Of a stretch of 64,000 nucleotides of DNA, positions 50,336-60,451 are shown in pieces. How positions within the stretch are numbered: position 1 is the stretch's first letter; the number at the start of each line of letters is the position of its first letter. Location of the stretch: NCBI GenBank assembly GCA_963663965.2, contig CAXXFK010000028.1, positions 480,001 through 544,000 on the forward strand, read 5' to 3'. The DNA comes from Sedimentisphaerales bacterium. Lineage in GTDB: Bacteria; Planctomycetota; Phycisphaerae; Sedimentisphaerales; SM23-30. The position numbers were made by a program, and so were the translations under genes. The notes under the pieces were generated by a model. That model made no database searches. It saw only the letters and a program-made list of their open reading frames with translations, and was not told where the DNA came from.

Positions 50336-52315
50336 ATGACGCATGACAAGATGAAATGGTTAACGAGAAGCCGTGGTATTCTGGTGGTATCCATGCTGTT
50401 GCCGGCGTTGGCTATCACGCCGAAACTTATGGCGGGGACGGTGACTGTGGATACCGGCGCTACCGGATCGCAATGGGAATGGACAGTGGATGATCCTGAT
50501 TTTGGGTCGTATACCGTTACCGTTTCGGGCGCGGCCGGACATGCCCAGAAGGATGGAACCTACTACTACCGGAACGCTTCGGAGAGCGGGGAAAACGATG
50601 ATGTCTATACCTGGACGATTTCGGGCTTGAATTCCAACGCGGTTATCACCCGTTTTGTGCTGGAATCGACCCGGATCGCGCCATCGGTGGGCAGCGGCAG
50701 CAACTGGAATTATAATCTGACCCTGACGGGCCCGGGTATGGCCGGGACGGTTTCTGACTATCGGCAATTAACCGGCGGGCTGGTATACGCAACCCCGGTG
50801 ATGTCGGTATTGGATATCTCATTTGGCAACGCGCCCTCGTTCGATCTGATCGTGGATGAATATTCGCCGTTTTCCACCCGTACGGTGGGAACGGAAACTT
50901 TTACGATTACGGCCGACTGGTCGCCGGATGTGGTGCCAGCCAATCCGGTTCCTGCGGATGGGTTGACCGACGTAAAAATTGCCGGTGGCGTGACGCTTCA
51001 ATGGGATGGCGCGGTGACACCCCCGGCCGGACTCAGCAAATATCTGTTGTATATTACCGATAATGGTACTGCCGGCGATCCAAACTTTTCAGGTGTCACT
51101 CCGATTGAAGTGGCTTTGGGCGCAGATCCGATTACTTACGGTCCGAAACCGATCGTTAAAGATAAAACCTACTACTGGCGAGTGGATCAGGTTGCCGATC
51201 CCAATTCCATTGCAGGCCGGGTGTGGTCGTTTGAAACGGAAAAATCCGTTCCAGTTATTATGAGTCAGCCTGAAAATGCCGTTGTGCCGATGTCGGAATC
51301 GGTTGCCTTTATAGTGGAGTTTGAAAGTTTTTACGCGCCGACGGTTACGTGGTACAGGAACAATGGTTTTGAAGATGCCTTAATTGCCGGGGGCGGTCAT
51401 TATACCGTTACGACTACTAATACAAATGGAATCGCTTATCAGACTGTACTGACGATCGACGCGGCTGAAGTGGGCGATACGGCTTATTATTTTTGCGTGA
51501 TCGAGAACGCTGCCGGTACTGACACCAGTGGTCGGGGACGTCTGATTGTACCGGCGATGGTGGCCTATTATCCGTTTGAAGGCACCCTGGAAGACAGTGC
51601 GGGAGAACATGATGGCAGTATGGTAGGCGGTGATCCGAATTTTGCCGCGGGTTTGCCGAATTTTGGCCAGGCGCTCGATCTGGAAAATACCGCGGAAAAA
51701 TATGTCGATCTGGGAGCAGACGCTCAGCCATCGGGCCTGACGCTGGAGACCGGGTCCGCTTCGTTCTGGTTTTTGATCGATGATCCTTCTGAAACCCGAA
51801 TTGGACTGATGGCGGTCCTGAATGATGGGGGTTATCAGCGGTTACAGATTGCTCTGGATAATAACCGTGGTTTTATAACCAACAAAGACGCAACTGGCGC
51901 TCAGATATATATTGTAGATGACAATGCGCTGGCCGCTAATGAATGGCATAACCTGATCGCAACCTGGACATTGCAAGAAGGGTTTACCTATAACCTGTAT
52001 GTCGATGGCAAGCTGATTCGCCAGGTGAGTATCAATTCCTGGGAGGTTGAGCCGTGGCACTATGGTATCGCGATTGGCGCGACGAATAACGCCGGAGCGG
52101 TTTCTAATTACTGGGATGGTCTGATCGATGAGGTGAAAGTTTATAACTATGCTTTAAGTCTGGAAGAAATCGCCGAGGAATGGTATGCCGGCAGTGGGCA
52201 GGTGACCTGTCTGGCCCCGCCGGCCTACGACTTGAGTGGCGATTGCATGGTAGATTTGAACGATTTTACCTTGTTAACCACTGAATGGCTGGTCAATGGC
52301 AACTGGCCGCAATAA
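50336..52315 (+). CDS. Secreted Ig + LamG + dockerin-like protein
   Basis: Signal peptide, P.P.DG, YYWRVD, VWSF.T, Ig domain Y.C, LamG (G.IDEV.VY..AL), C-terminal DLSGDCMVDLNDF..L..EWL. Confidence 0.88.
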   Translation: MTHDKMKWLTRSRGILVVSMLLPALAITPKLMAGTVTVDTGATGSQWEWTVDDPDFGSYTVTVSGAAGHAQKDGTYYYRNASESGENDDVYTWTISGLNSNAVITRFVLESTRIAPSVGSGSNWNYNLTLTGPGMAGTVSDYRQLTGGLVYATPVMSVLDISFGNAPSFDLIVDEYSPFSTRTVGTETFTITADWSPDVVPANPVPADGLTDVKIAGGVTLQWDGAVTPPAGLSKYLLYITDNGTAGDPNFSGVTPIEVALGADPITYGPKPIVKDKTYYWRVDQVADPNSIAGRVWSFETEKSVPVIMSQPENAVVPMSESVAFIVEFESFYAPTVTWYRNNGFEDALIAGGGHYTVTTTNTNGIAYQTVLTIDAAEVGDTAYYFCVIENAAGTDTSGRGRLIVPAMVAYYPFEGTLEDSAGEHDGSMVGGDPNFAAGLPNFGQALDLENTAEKYVDLGADAQPSGLTLETGSASFWFLIDDPSETRIGLMAVLNDGGYQRLQIALDNNRGFITNKDATGAQIYIVDDNALAANEWHNLIATWTLQEGFTYNLYVDGKLIRQVSINSWEVEPWHYGIAIGATNNAGAVSNYWDGLIDEVKVYNYALSLEEIAEEWYAGSGQVTCLAPPAYDLSGDCMVDLNDFTLLTTEWLVNGNWPQ

Positions 52316-52341
52316 GCATGCATCCATTTCGTTCAATTCAG

Positions 52342-52384
52342 TAACCGATACGGGATGGGGCGAGGCTTCATCCCGTATTGGTTA
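52342..52384 (+). promoter_or_regulatory. Long intergenic stem-loop (terminator or mRNA-stabiliser)
   Basis: AACCGATACGGGATGGGG-cgag-GCTTCATCCCGTATTGGTT. Confidence 0.6.
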
Positions 52385-52500
52385 TCGTGAACCGAAAAAA
52401 GCATAAGTCATAACGGAGTCAAGCAGTTATGGGCACTATCAATGACAACATCCGGACGGGGACGGTATTTCAATACCCTTTGCGAAACAGGCAACCCAAG

Positions 52501-54015
52501 ATGTTCTGCCGGGAATTTGTGTTCATATATGGAATTCTGGCGGGGATTCTGCTTGCGATTCCAGTTCTGGCCGGTGCAGAAAAAACGAAAGAAAGCCAAT
52601 CCACAAAAAGTGAGCTGGTTCGTTCATTGGAAGCTGTTTTTTATGCAGACAACTTTGCAAAAATTCCCAACCGGACATTCCAGGTTACTGATTACGGCGC
52701 TAAGGGGGATGGGGTTACGCTGGATACTGAGGCGATCCAGCGGGCGATCGATGCTGCCGCGGGATCGGGTGGAGGCGTGGTTCGCTTGAAACCGGGAGTC
52801 TATCTTTCCGGTGCGATCTTCGTTAAGAGTAATGTGGAATTACGGGTTGATGAAGGGGTGACGCTACGGGCGGTCCAGGATGACAGTCAGTATCCCCGGC
52901 TGCCCAGTCGGATTGCGGGTTTTGAGATGGTGTGGCTGTCGGCGCTGATCAATATTTATGAGCAGAGTAATGTGCGTATAACCGGGAAGGGGATTATCGA
53001 TGGCAATGGCAGTTACTGGTGGGAGAAATACTGGGGTACGGACCGCAAGGGCGGGATTCGAAAAGACTATGATCAGCGCGGTTTGCGGTGGGCGGCGGAT
53101 TATGATTGTGAGCGGGTGCGGGCGGTTGTGGTCTGGAAGTCCAGTGATGTGCTGTTGAAGGATTTTACCGTGCAGCGGTCCGGGTTCTGGACGGTTTCGT
53201 TGACTTATAGTGATCGTGTTTATGTGGATCATCTGACGATCCAGAATAATATCGGCGGATTCGGGCCCAGTTCTGACGGGGTAGATACCGATTCTTCCAG
53301 TCATATTCTGGTGGAAAATTGCGATATCGATTGCAATGATGATAATCTATGCATCAAATCCGGCCGGGATGCCGATGGCCTGCGGGTGAACCGACCGGCG
53401 GAATATATTGTCTATCGCAATTGCCTGACCCGGTCGGGGCATGGTTTGTTTACCCTGGGCAGCGAGACTTCCGGTGGTATGCGGCATATCGAAGTGTATG
53501 GTTTGCGCGCGATCGGGACCTCGACGGGGATTCGATTCAAGTCGGCCAAAGTGCGTGGCGGATTGATCGAAGAGATCAGTTTTCACGACATTGAAATGGA
53601 CACTGTGGAGAATCCATTTGTATTCGATTTAAACTGGAATCCATCGTACAGTTATCCGGAGATTCCCAGGGATATCCCGGAAGAGGAGATATCCGACCGC
53701 TGGCGGCTGATGACCCAGCGGGTGACGCCGCCCGAGCGGGGGATACCGGAATTTCGCAATATTACCATTTCTGAGGTATCGGTACGAGAGGGCGGCAGGG
53801 CGTTTTATGTGACGGCTTATCCTGAGAAGCCGATGCGAGCGGTGAACTGGAAGAATGTAACCATTGAGGCGAAATCCGCCGGGGAGATCCGAAATGCGGT
53901 TGACTGGCGCATGGAAAATGTTAAACTGCGTACCGCTGATGGGGCCAATGTCAAGCTGATCGAGTGTCGACAGGTTGAGCTGCCAGAAATGGCGGCGGAG
54001 AGAGATAAACGTTAA
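52501..54015 (+). CDS. GH28 polygalacturonase/rhamnogalacturonase family
   Basis: DYGAKGDG..LDT.AIQ.AID, DGVD.DSS, DCNDDN.CIKSG, GHG..TLGSE.SGG, RFKS; start 52429 or 52501. Confidence 0.92.
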   Translation: MFCREFVFIYGILAGILLAIPVLAGAEKTKESQSTKSELVRSLEAVFYADNFAKIPNRTFQVTDYGAKGDGVTLDTEAIQRAIDAAAGSGGGVVRLKPGVYLSGAIFVKSNVELRVDEGVTLRAVQDDSQYPRLPSRIAGFEMVWLSALINIYEQSNVRITGKGIIDGNGSYWWEKYWGTDRKGGIRKDYDQRGLRWAADYDCERVRAVVVWKSSDVLLKDFTVQRSGFWTVSLTYSDRVYVDHLTIQNNIGGFGPSSDGVDTDSSSHILVENCDIDCNDDNLCIKSGRDADGLRVNRPAEYIVYRNCLTRSGHGLFTLGSETSGGMRHIEVYGLRAIGTSTGIRFKSAKVRGGLIEEISFHDIEMDTVENPFVFDLNWNPSYSYPEIPRDIPEEEISDRWRLMTQRVTPPERGIPEFRNITISEVSVREGGRAFYVTAYPEKPMRAVNWKNVTIEAKSAGEIRNAVDWRMENVKLRTADGANVKLIECRQVELPEMAAERDKR

Positions 54016-54032
54016 AAAAAGTCATAACCCCA

Positions 54033-56645
54033 ATGGCAAAAGTACCTATGAAGAAAGGGCAGGCAATGCATAAGAAGAATAATGTGGTGATATTCAGTCT
54101 TTGGATTATTGTACAATTACTGATTGTGGGTACAAACTGTCAGGGTGCGCCTGACTGGCCTTTGGAAGTGTCGATCCAATGCCGGCCGGGAACGTACTGG
54201 TGGGCGCCGGGCAGCGCCTTCGATCATGCCAGTATTGACTGGAATCTGGAGCAGCTGAAAGCGGGTGGGATCGGGACGGTGCATATTATTCCGATCTATG
54301 GCGCCAAGGGGTATGAAGACCAGTATATCCAGTATCTATCGCCGGAGTGGATGGCCATGCTGGATTATGTCGTAAAGAAGGCGGAGCAGATGGACATGCT
54401 GGTGGATATGACGACGGGTACGGGGTGGTGTTTTGGCGGGCCCGATCTGCCGCCGGCGTATCGTGACACGGTGGTTCGCTGGCAGGGAGTTGAAAAGGGT
54501 ATTGCTTACGCGGCCGGGATGAATGTGAAGCGGCCCGCTCCCGGGGGGGAAGGTCCGATGCTCAATCCTTATTCACCGGACGCCATGCAATATTATTTGC
54601 AGCGATTCACCAGCGCGTTCGAGCAATCCGGCAGCCGGAAGCCGCGCGCCCAATATCACGATTCCTTTGAATACAAGGGCGACTGGACCATGGATATGCT
54701 TGAACAGTTCAAGCGGCGGCGCGGTTACGATCTGGAACGGCATCTGGTGACTTTTTTCGGGAGCACCACTGACACCAACCGGGACATGAAGGCCCGGATG
54801 AAATACGATTATCGACGGACCATCAGTGATTTGCACCTGGAATCGATCGAATTGTGGACACAATGGGCACACGAGCAGGGTATGATCACCCGTAATGAGG
54901 CACATGGCTCGCCCTCGCAGTTATTGGATGTGTACGCGGCGGCGGATATTCCTGAGACGGAGATGTTCGGCGCGCCGGAATTCGAGGTGGCCGGTTTCCG
55001 GCGGGACCCACAGTTCTGCCGCGCGGGCGACAGTAATCCGCTGGTGATGAAAATGGCCTCGTCGGCGGCGCATGTCGCTCATCGGCCGGGGGCGCAGCTG
55101 GTTGGCTCTGAGAGTTTTACCTGGCTGCGTGAACACTGGCATGGGACGCTGGGCCAGATCAAGTTATCGTCGGACCTGTTTTTCCTGGCCGGGATCAATC
55201 ATTTGCTCTATCACGGCAGCTGTTATTCGGCCAAAGACGCCGCGTGGCCGGGCTGGTTTTTTTATGCTTCGACCAAGGCGGACTGGCGAAATTCGATCTG
55301 GCATGACATCCAATATCTCAATGATTATATTACCCGGTGCCAGTCGATGCTACAGGCCGGCGAGCCGGGCAACGATCTGCTGGTTTACTGGCCGATCCAT
55401 GATTACTGGATGAACGCCGAGGGCATGGCGCAGAAGATGACCGTTCATGGGGATGGCTGGATTACGGGGCAATCGCTGGGACGGTTTGGGATTATGTTGC
55501 AGGAAGAGGGATATTCCTTTGATTTTGTTTCGGATCGTATGCTGGAGACGCTGACATTTTCGGATGGTCGAATCCAGGCGGTGGGAGGGTGGTATCGGGC
55601 TATTGTCATTCCGGCATGCCAGTATATGCCGGCTGAAACCATGGAGCAGCTGGCTAAACTGGCAAACGATGGGGCTACGGTGATTTTTGAAGAGGCCTTG
55701 CCGGGCGATGTGCCGGGTTTGGATGGTCTTGCTCAACAACGGGCACAGTTTGCCGCCGGGAAGTCTGCGATTCAATCAAAAGCGATCATATCCAAGACGG
55801 TTTGTGAGACCCTGGCTGAATCTGGAATCATGGCTGAACCAATGATCAAGGCCGGGCTACACTGTATTCGACGACGGATCGATGGCGACACCTGGTATTT
55901 TATTGCCAACCATTCGGCCGACACTTTCGATCAATGGATAGGATTGGCGAATCCGGTAAAATCTGTCATTTGTTACGATCCCATGACGGGGCAATCCGGG
56001 GCACTGGCAGTACGACAAAGAAACAGGCAATCCCAGGTTTACCTGCAACTGGAATCAGGAGAATCCACCCTTATCCGTGGCAGTAACAGCAAAGTAACGG
56101 TGGCCGGCTGGAAATATCGGCAAACGGCCGGGCAGCCGGTGACGTTAGCGGGGAACTGGAAAATTGAGTTTGTCGAGGGCGGGCCCACCCTGCCGCAAAC
56201 CTATCATAGCGAATCGCTGGTCAGCTGGACCGAAGCGGACGATCCGGCAACAGACGCCTTTGCCGGGACCGCACGTTATACGCTGAGTTTTGAAATGCCG
56301 GCGACCCGGGCGGATGACTGGATGCTCGATCTGGGCGATGTGCGGGAGAGCGCCCGGATTCGAGTGAATAGTCAGGATGCGGGAGCTTTGGTGGCGTTGC
56401 CATTCCGGATGCCGATCGGCAAGCTGCTGCATCCGGGGACCAATACCTTGGAAGTCGAAGTGACCAATCTGACCGCCAACCGGATTCGCGCGCTGGAAAA
56501 AAGCGGGGCTGACTGGAAAATTATGCGCGACGCCAATATTGTCAACGTGAATTATCAGAAATTTGATCCGGCGAGCTGGCCGTTGGAGCTCTCGGGATTA
56601 TTGGGTCCGGTTCAACTCGTGCCGGCCCAATATCACCAGCCATGA
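54033..56645 (+). CDS. GH106 alpha-L-rhamnosidase
   Basis: RPGT.WW..GSA, GIG.V.I.PIYG, LSPEW, GTGW.FGGP, DSFE, DIPETE, SAAH, GIN...YHG, LDLGDV, SGLLGPV. Confidence 0.9.
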   Translation: MAKVPMKKGQAMHKKNNVVIFSLWIIVQLLIVGTNCQGAPDWPLEVSIQCRPGTYWWAPGSAFDHASIDWNLEQLKAGGIGTVHIIPIYGAKGYEDQYIQYLSPEWMAMLDYVVKKAEQMDMLVDMTTGTGWCFGGPDLPPAYRDTVVRWQGVEKGIAYAAGMNVKRPAPGGEGPMLNPYSPDAMQYYLQRFTSAFEQSGSRKPRAQYHDSFEYKGDWTMDMLEQFKRRRGYDLERHLVTFFGSTTDTNRDMKARMKYDYRRTISDLHLESIELWTQWAHEQGMITRNEAHGSPSQLLDVYAAADIPETEMFGAPEFEVAGFRRDPQFCRAGDSNPLVMKMASSAAHVAHRPGAQLVGSESFTWLREHWHGTLGQIKLSSDLFFLAGINHLLYHGSCYSAKDAAWPGWFFYASTKADWRNSIWHDIQYLNDYITRCQSMLQAGEPGNDLLVYWPIHDYWMNAEGMAQKMTVHGDGWITGQSLGRFGIMLQEEGYSFDFVSDRMLETLTFSDGRIQAVGGWYRAIVIPACQYMPAETMEQLAKLANDGATVIFEEALPGDVPGLDGLAQQRAQFAAGKSAIQSKAIISKTVCETLAESGIMAEPMIKAGLHCIRRRIDGDTWYFIANHSADTFDQWIGLANPVKSVICYDPMTGQSGALAVRQRNRQSQVYLQLESGESTLIRGSNSKVTVAGWKYRQTAGQPVTLAGNWKIEFVEGGPTLPQTYHSESLVSWTEADDPATDAFAGTARYTLSFEMPATRADDWMLDLGDVRESARIRVNSQDAGALVALPFRMPIGKLLHPGTNTLEVEVTNLTANRIRALEKSGADWKIMRDANIVNVNYQKFDPASWPLELSGLLGPVQLVPAQYHQP

Positions 56646-58565
56646 ACGGGTAGCGAAGTAAAGAGTTCGCAGTCGATTGATACCCGTAATGGGCCCAATT
56701 CAACCTGGACGGTTGCCGATCCGGTGTTTGGCGATTATGAGGTGATCGTAGCCGTTGGCGCCGGAGATTACGCCCCGGCGTCCAACTGCACGAGTTGGGG
56801 CTCCTTTTATCGTAATAGGTGTACCGATCAGGAAGATGACGCGGTTATCAGCTGGTCGGTTAGTGGATTAAATCCATCCGCAGTGGTTAAAGAGTTTGAG
56901 CTGAACCTGACCCGGGTTGCTCCGTGTGTGGGCAGCGATAATGGAAGTTATTATTTGAGCTTGAGCGGGCCGGGCGCGACAGGCATTGTATCGCAGGAAC
57001 GAAGCAGCATGGATATTCTGGCTGATTTTGTTCCGGTAAATCCGCCTCTGTTGGTGGCTGACGAGTCGTTTGGTTATGAGCCGGTTTTCGAATTGGTAAT
57101 CGATGAACGGGAGCCGTTGACGACCAGAACGATCGGGGTATCGGGTTTTACGATAACGGCGGGTTGGAATACCGGGGTTGTGCCGGGTAATCCTGTACCG
57201 GAAGATGGGCAGAGCGAGGTACCGCTGGAGGTGACTTTCAGCTGGAGTGACGCGCCAGAACCTCCTGATGGGTTGACGGGATATTATTTTTATCTTGCTG
57301 AGGATATCCCGGATTTTAGCGGCTCAACGCCGCTTTTATTTATAAACAATACGAATCCCGTTAAATCAGGGCCGCTGAACCTTGAGAGCGATAAGACTTA
57401 CTACTGGCGGGTTGATCAGAGTATTCATCATTCGGATGCGGCCAGTCCGGATACTCGAGTGGGTCCAGTCTGGTATTTTACCACAAAAGAGTCGGTTCCC
57501 AAAATCAAGACATCTCCAGCCGGAGCGATCGTCAATCCCGGCGAGTCGGTCACCCTGGTCATTGATTTTGTCAGTATGTACTCGCCTCAGGTCAACTGGT
57601 ATCGAACGGATGGGATGGATCCCGTGGCTTTGGAAGATAATTCGCATACGGAGTTGAGGGTTGTGGACCTGGGTCAGGACAGGTATCGTACTACTTTGAC
57701 AATTCAGCCGGTGGCAGGGAGCGATAGCGGGTATTATTATGGCAGGGTTACCAGTATGTCGGGCGCCGCTGAGAGTGACCGGGCATTGATCCAGGCGCCG
57801 GATCTGGTGGCTTATTATCCGCTGGATGGGAGTCTGGCCGATTTGGCCGGGGGAAACAACGCGGTGATTTCAGCCGGCGTTCCGGTTTATGTCGACAGTC
57901 AAGGGGATTTGGGCCAGGCGCTCAAACTGGATGATACTGAGCCGCAATATCTTTCCCTGGGGCGTAATGGTCAGCCCTCTGGATTAACCTTGCTGAATGG
58001 CTCGGCTTCGTTCTGGTTTATGATCGATAATCCGCAGGACAGCCGGCCCACGTTAATGGGGATACTCAATGAAGGCGGCTATCAGCGGTTGCAGTTTTCG
58101 ATCAATTCCGGGCGGCCTTTTGTTTCGAATAAGGATGCTGAGGGCAGCGCATTCAGTATCTATCCCGATAGCGTGACAGTATCGTCCGGACAGTGGCATC
58201 ATTTTCTGGCAACCTGGGAATTTAAGGGGCTCTATCGCTTCAAGTTGTATTTCGATGCCCGGTTCGTGGGAGAAATCACCCAGGCGGATTGGCAGATAGA
58301 GCCCTGGCAATACGATCTGGTGGTTGGAGCGACCAATAATGCCGGGGAAATACTCAATAATTGGGATGGATTGCTGGATGAAATCAAGATCTACAATTAT
58401 CCGCTGACTGTTGAGGAAATCGCTTTGGAATGGCAGCAAGGGACGGGGGAGGTTCTCTGTCTGCATCCGCCACTTTATGATCTCGATAATGATTGCAAAA
58501 TTGATATGACAGATTTAATATTGCTGGCCGGAGAGTGGATATGCAATGGCAACTGGCCGCAATAA
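56646..58565 (+). CDS. Ig + LamG + dockerin-like protein, paralog of 50336-52315; no signal peptide; start unresolved
   Basis: Collinear with the 50336 protein (WTV.DP.FG.Y, QPSGLTL..GSASFWF.ID, GGYQRLQ, GATNNAG, NGNWPQ). Open and in frame from the GH106 stop codon. Confidence 0.8.
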   Translation, partial: TGSEVKSSQSIDTRNGPNSTWTVADPVFGDYEVIVAVGAGDYAPASNCTSWGSFYRNRCTDQEDDAVISWSVSGLNPSAVVKEFELNLTRVAPCVGSDNGSYYLSLSGPGATGIVSQERSSMDILADFVPVNPPLLVADESFGYEPVFELVIDEREPLTTRTIGVSGFTITAGWNTGVVPGNPVPEDGQSEVPLEVTFSWSDAPEPPDGLTGYYFYLAEDIPDFSGSTPLLFINNTNPVKSGPLNLESDKTYYWRVDQSIHHSDAASPDTRVGPVWYFTTKESVPKIKTSPAGAIVNPGESVTLVIDFVSMYSPQVNWYRTDGMDPVALEDNSHTELRVVDLGQDRYRTTLTIQPVAGSDSGYYYGRVTSMSGAAESDRALIQAPDLVAYYPLDGSLADLAGGNNAVISAGVPVYVDSQGDLGQALKLDDTEPQYLSLGRNGQPSGLTLLNGSASFWFMIDNPQDSRPTLMGILNEGGYQRLQFSINSGRPFVSNKDAEGSAFSIYPDSVTVSSGQWHHFLATWEFKGLYRFKLYFDARFVGEITQADWQIEPWQYDLVVGATNNAGEILNNWDGLLDEIKIYNYPLTVEEIALEWQQGTGEVLCLHPPLYDLDNDCKIDMTDLILLAGEWICNGNWPQ

Positions 58566-58704
58566 ATAGATGATTATCCCGTTGTAGCAATCATGTGGAT
58601 GATATGCCGCTCCAAGGTTTTTTTGTTTTGCCGGCGCCAAGAGCGGCCGGGAAAACCATTTATTCCAACAGAAGTAATAACACATTTAGATCAGGATCGT
58701 TGCG

Positions 58705-60450
58705 ATGTTAAATAAGATTGCCATATCTTTATTCGTTAATCTATTAACCGGTTGGCTGGTGTTATCGGTTCAAGGTCAGTGGACGACTGAGACGATCGAT
58801 CGCGGGCTGATTGCCCTGGTGCAGGAAAACGGTGATGTCTACCTGGGGTGGCGGCTGTTGCAGAGTGACGCGGAGGGAATCGGGTTTGATTTGTATCGTC
58901 AGACGGAGGGTGGGCCGGAAGTCAAATTGAATAACAAACCGCTGGTGGAAACCTGTGATTTTGTCGATACGGCGGTGAATCTGAACCGGGCGAACCGCTG
59001 GCGGTTGTCGATCCATTCGGAAGGAACACATTCCGGGGACGCGACTGTTTCTTTAGCGGCTCATTCGCCGGCGCGACCGTATGTTGCCATTCCATTTCAG
59101 GGGGATTATGTCTGTAACCGGGTGGGGATTGCCGATTTGAATGGCGATGGCCGATATGATTATGTTATCAAGCAGCCCCGACAGATTACCGATCCGGGTG
59201 TCTGGAATAAAAGTGAGGCGACCTGGAAAATTGAGGCTTATCTGCATGATGGGACATTTTTATGGCGCAAGGACCTGGGCTGGAACATTGAGCAGGGGGT
59301 CTGGTATTCGCCCATGATCGTTCATGATTTCGATGGCGATGGCCGGGCGGAAGTGGCGGTGAAGACCTCGGTTACCGATGTGGATTATCGTAATCCGGAT
59401 GGGCATCCTCTGGCGGGGAAGGTGACCACCGGGCCGGAATACTGTTCGCTGCTGGATGGCATGACCGGGCGGGAACTGGACCGGGTTGACTGGATCGCGC
59501 GCGGCGAATTGGAGGATTGGGGGGATAGCAAGAATAATCGAGCAGCCCGACATCTGATGGGGGTGGCGTATCTGGATGGGAAACATCCCGCTCTACTGGT
59601 TTTGCGGGGCACTTATACCTTGATGCGGGTGGATGCCTATGTCATGAAAAACGGCAAACTGGCCTCGCTGTGGAAATGGAGCGGCGATAATGAAGATCCC
59701 CCGGTGCGCGGCCAGGGAATGCATGGGATGCTGGCGGCGGATGTGACCGGAGATGGCTGCGATGAAATTATCCTGGGTTCTGCCGTTCTGAAAGGGGATT
59801 CTTCATTGCTTTGGAATGTGGGATTGGGCCATCCGGATGCCTGTTATGTTGCCGACATTCTGCCGGAACGACCGGGATTGGAGATTTTATATGGTATCGA
59901 GCCCAAACGAAACAGCAATGCTATTTGCCTGGTGGAAGCACGGACGGGGAAAATGATCTGGGGATGTGATTTTGCCACGCAGCATGCCCATTCAGCGGGG
60001 ATGTTCGCGGATTTTATCGCGGATAATCCGGGTATGGAGTTTTATATTGGTGAAAAAGACAAAACTGCTTTCTGGATTCACAGCGCCGATGGGCGATTAC
60101 TGACGGAGGAAAACCTGGGGAATTTGAATCCCAAGGCATTGTACTGGGAATCCGGCGGAGTGAAACCCTACGCGATCAGCGGCCGGATCCAGCAATACCA
60201 TGGCAAAACCGTCGGGGGCTATCAGGGCGATATTCTGGCGGTAGCGGATATCCTGGGAGACTGGCGCGAAGAACTGATTACCACGGTACCGGGTGAATTA
60301 CGTATTTACAGCACCACGATTCCCGCGCAGGACCGGCGGGTGACCCTGATGCAGGATCCGGTCTATCGTTCCTATGTGGCGATGGTATCGATGGGCTATC
60401 TGTATCCGCCGCAGCTGAGTTATTACCTTGAGATTGCCAAGTCGAAGTGA
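58705..60450 (+). CDS. PL11 rhamnogalacturonan lyase (YesW/YesX family)
   Basis: DRGLIA...YLGWRLL..D, DLNGDG.YD, LWR.DLGWNI, DFDGDG.AEV..KT, AYLDG, GHPD, AD.LGDWREE, TLMQDP.YR. Confidence 0.92.
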   Translation: MLNKIAISLFVNLLTGWLVLSVQGQWTTETIDRGLIALVQENGDVYLGWRLLQSDAEGIGFDLYRQTEGGPEVKLNNKPLVETCDFVDTAVNLNRANRWRLSIHSEGTHSGDATVSLAAHSPARPYVAIPFQGDYVCNRVGIADLNGDGRYDYVIKQPRQITDPGVWNKSEATWKIEAYLHDGTFLWRKDLGWNIEQGVWYSPMIVHDFDGDGRAEVAVKTSVTDVDYRNPDGHPLAGKVTTGPEYCSLLDGMTGRELDRVDWIARGELEDWGDSKNNRAARHLMGVAYLDGKHPALLVLRGTYTLMRVDAYVMKNGKLASLWKWSGDNEDPPVRGQGMHGMLAADVTGDGCDEIILGSAVLKGDSSLLWNVGLGHPDACYVADILPERPGLEILYGIEPKRNSNAICLVEARTGKMIWGCDFATQHAHSAGMFADFIADNPGMEFYIGEKDKTAFWIHSADGRLLTEENLGNLNPKALYWESGGVKPYAISGRIQQYHGKTVGGYQGDILAVADILGDWREELITTVPGELRIYSTTIPAQDRRVTLMQDPVYRSYVAMVSMGYLYPPQLSYYLEIAKSK

Positions 60451-60451
60451 T

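Noticed and set aside
56643..56700. Selenocysteine recoding of the in-frame UGA
   Set aside because: No clear bacterial SECIS hairpin immediately downstream, and the position is a linker, not a catalytic Cys site.
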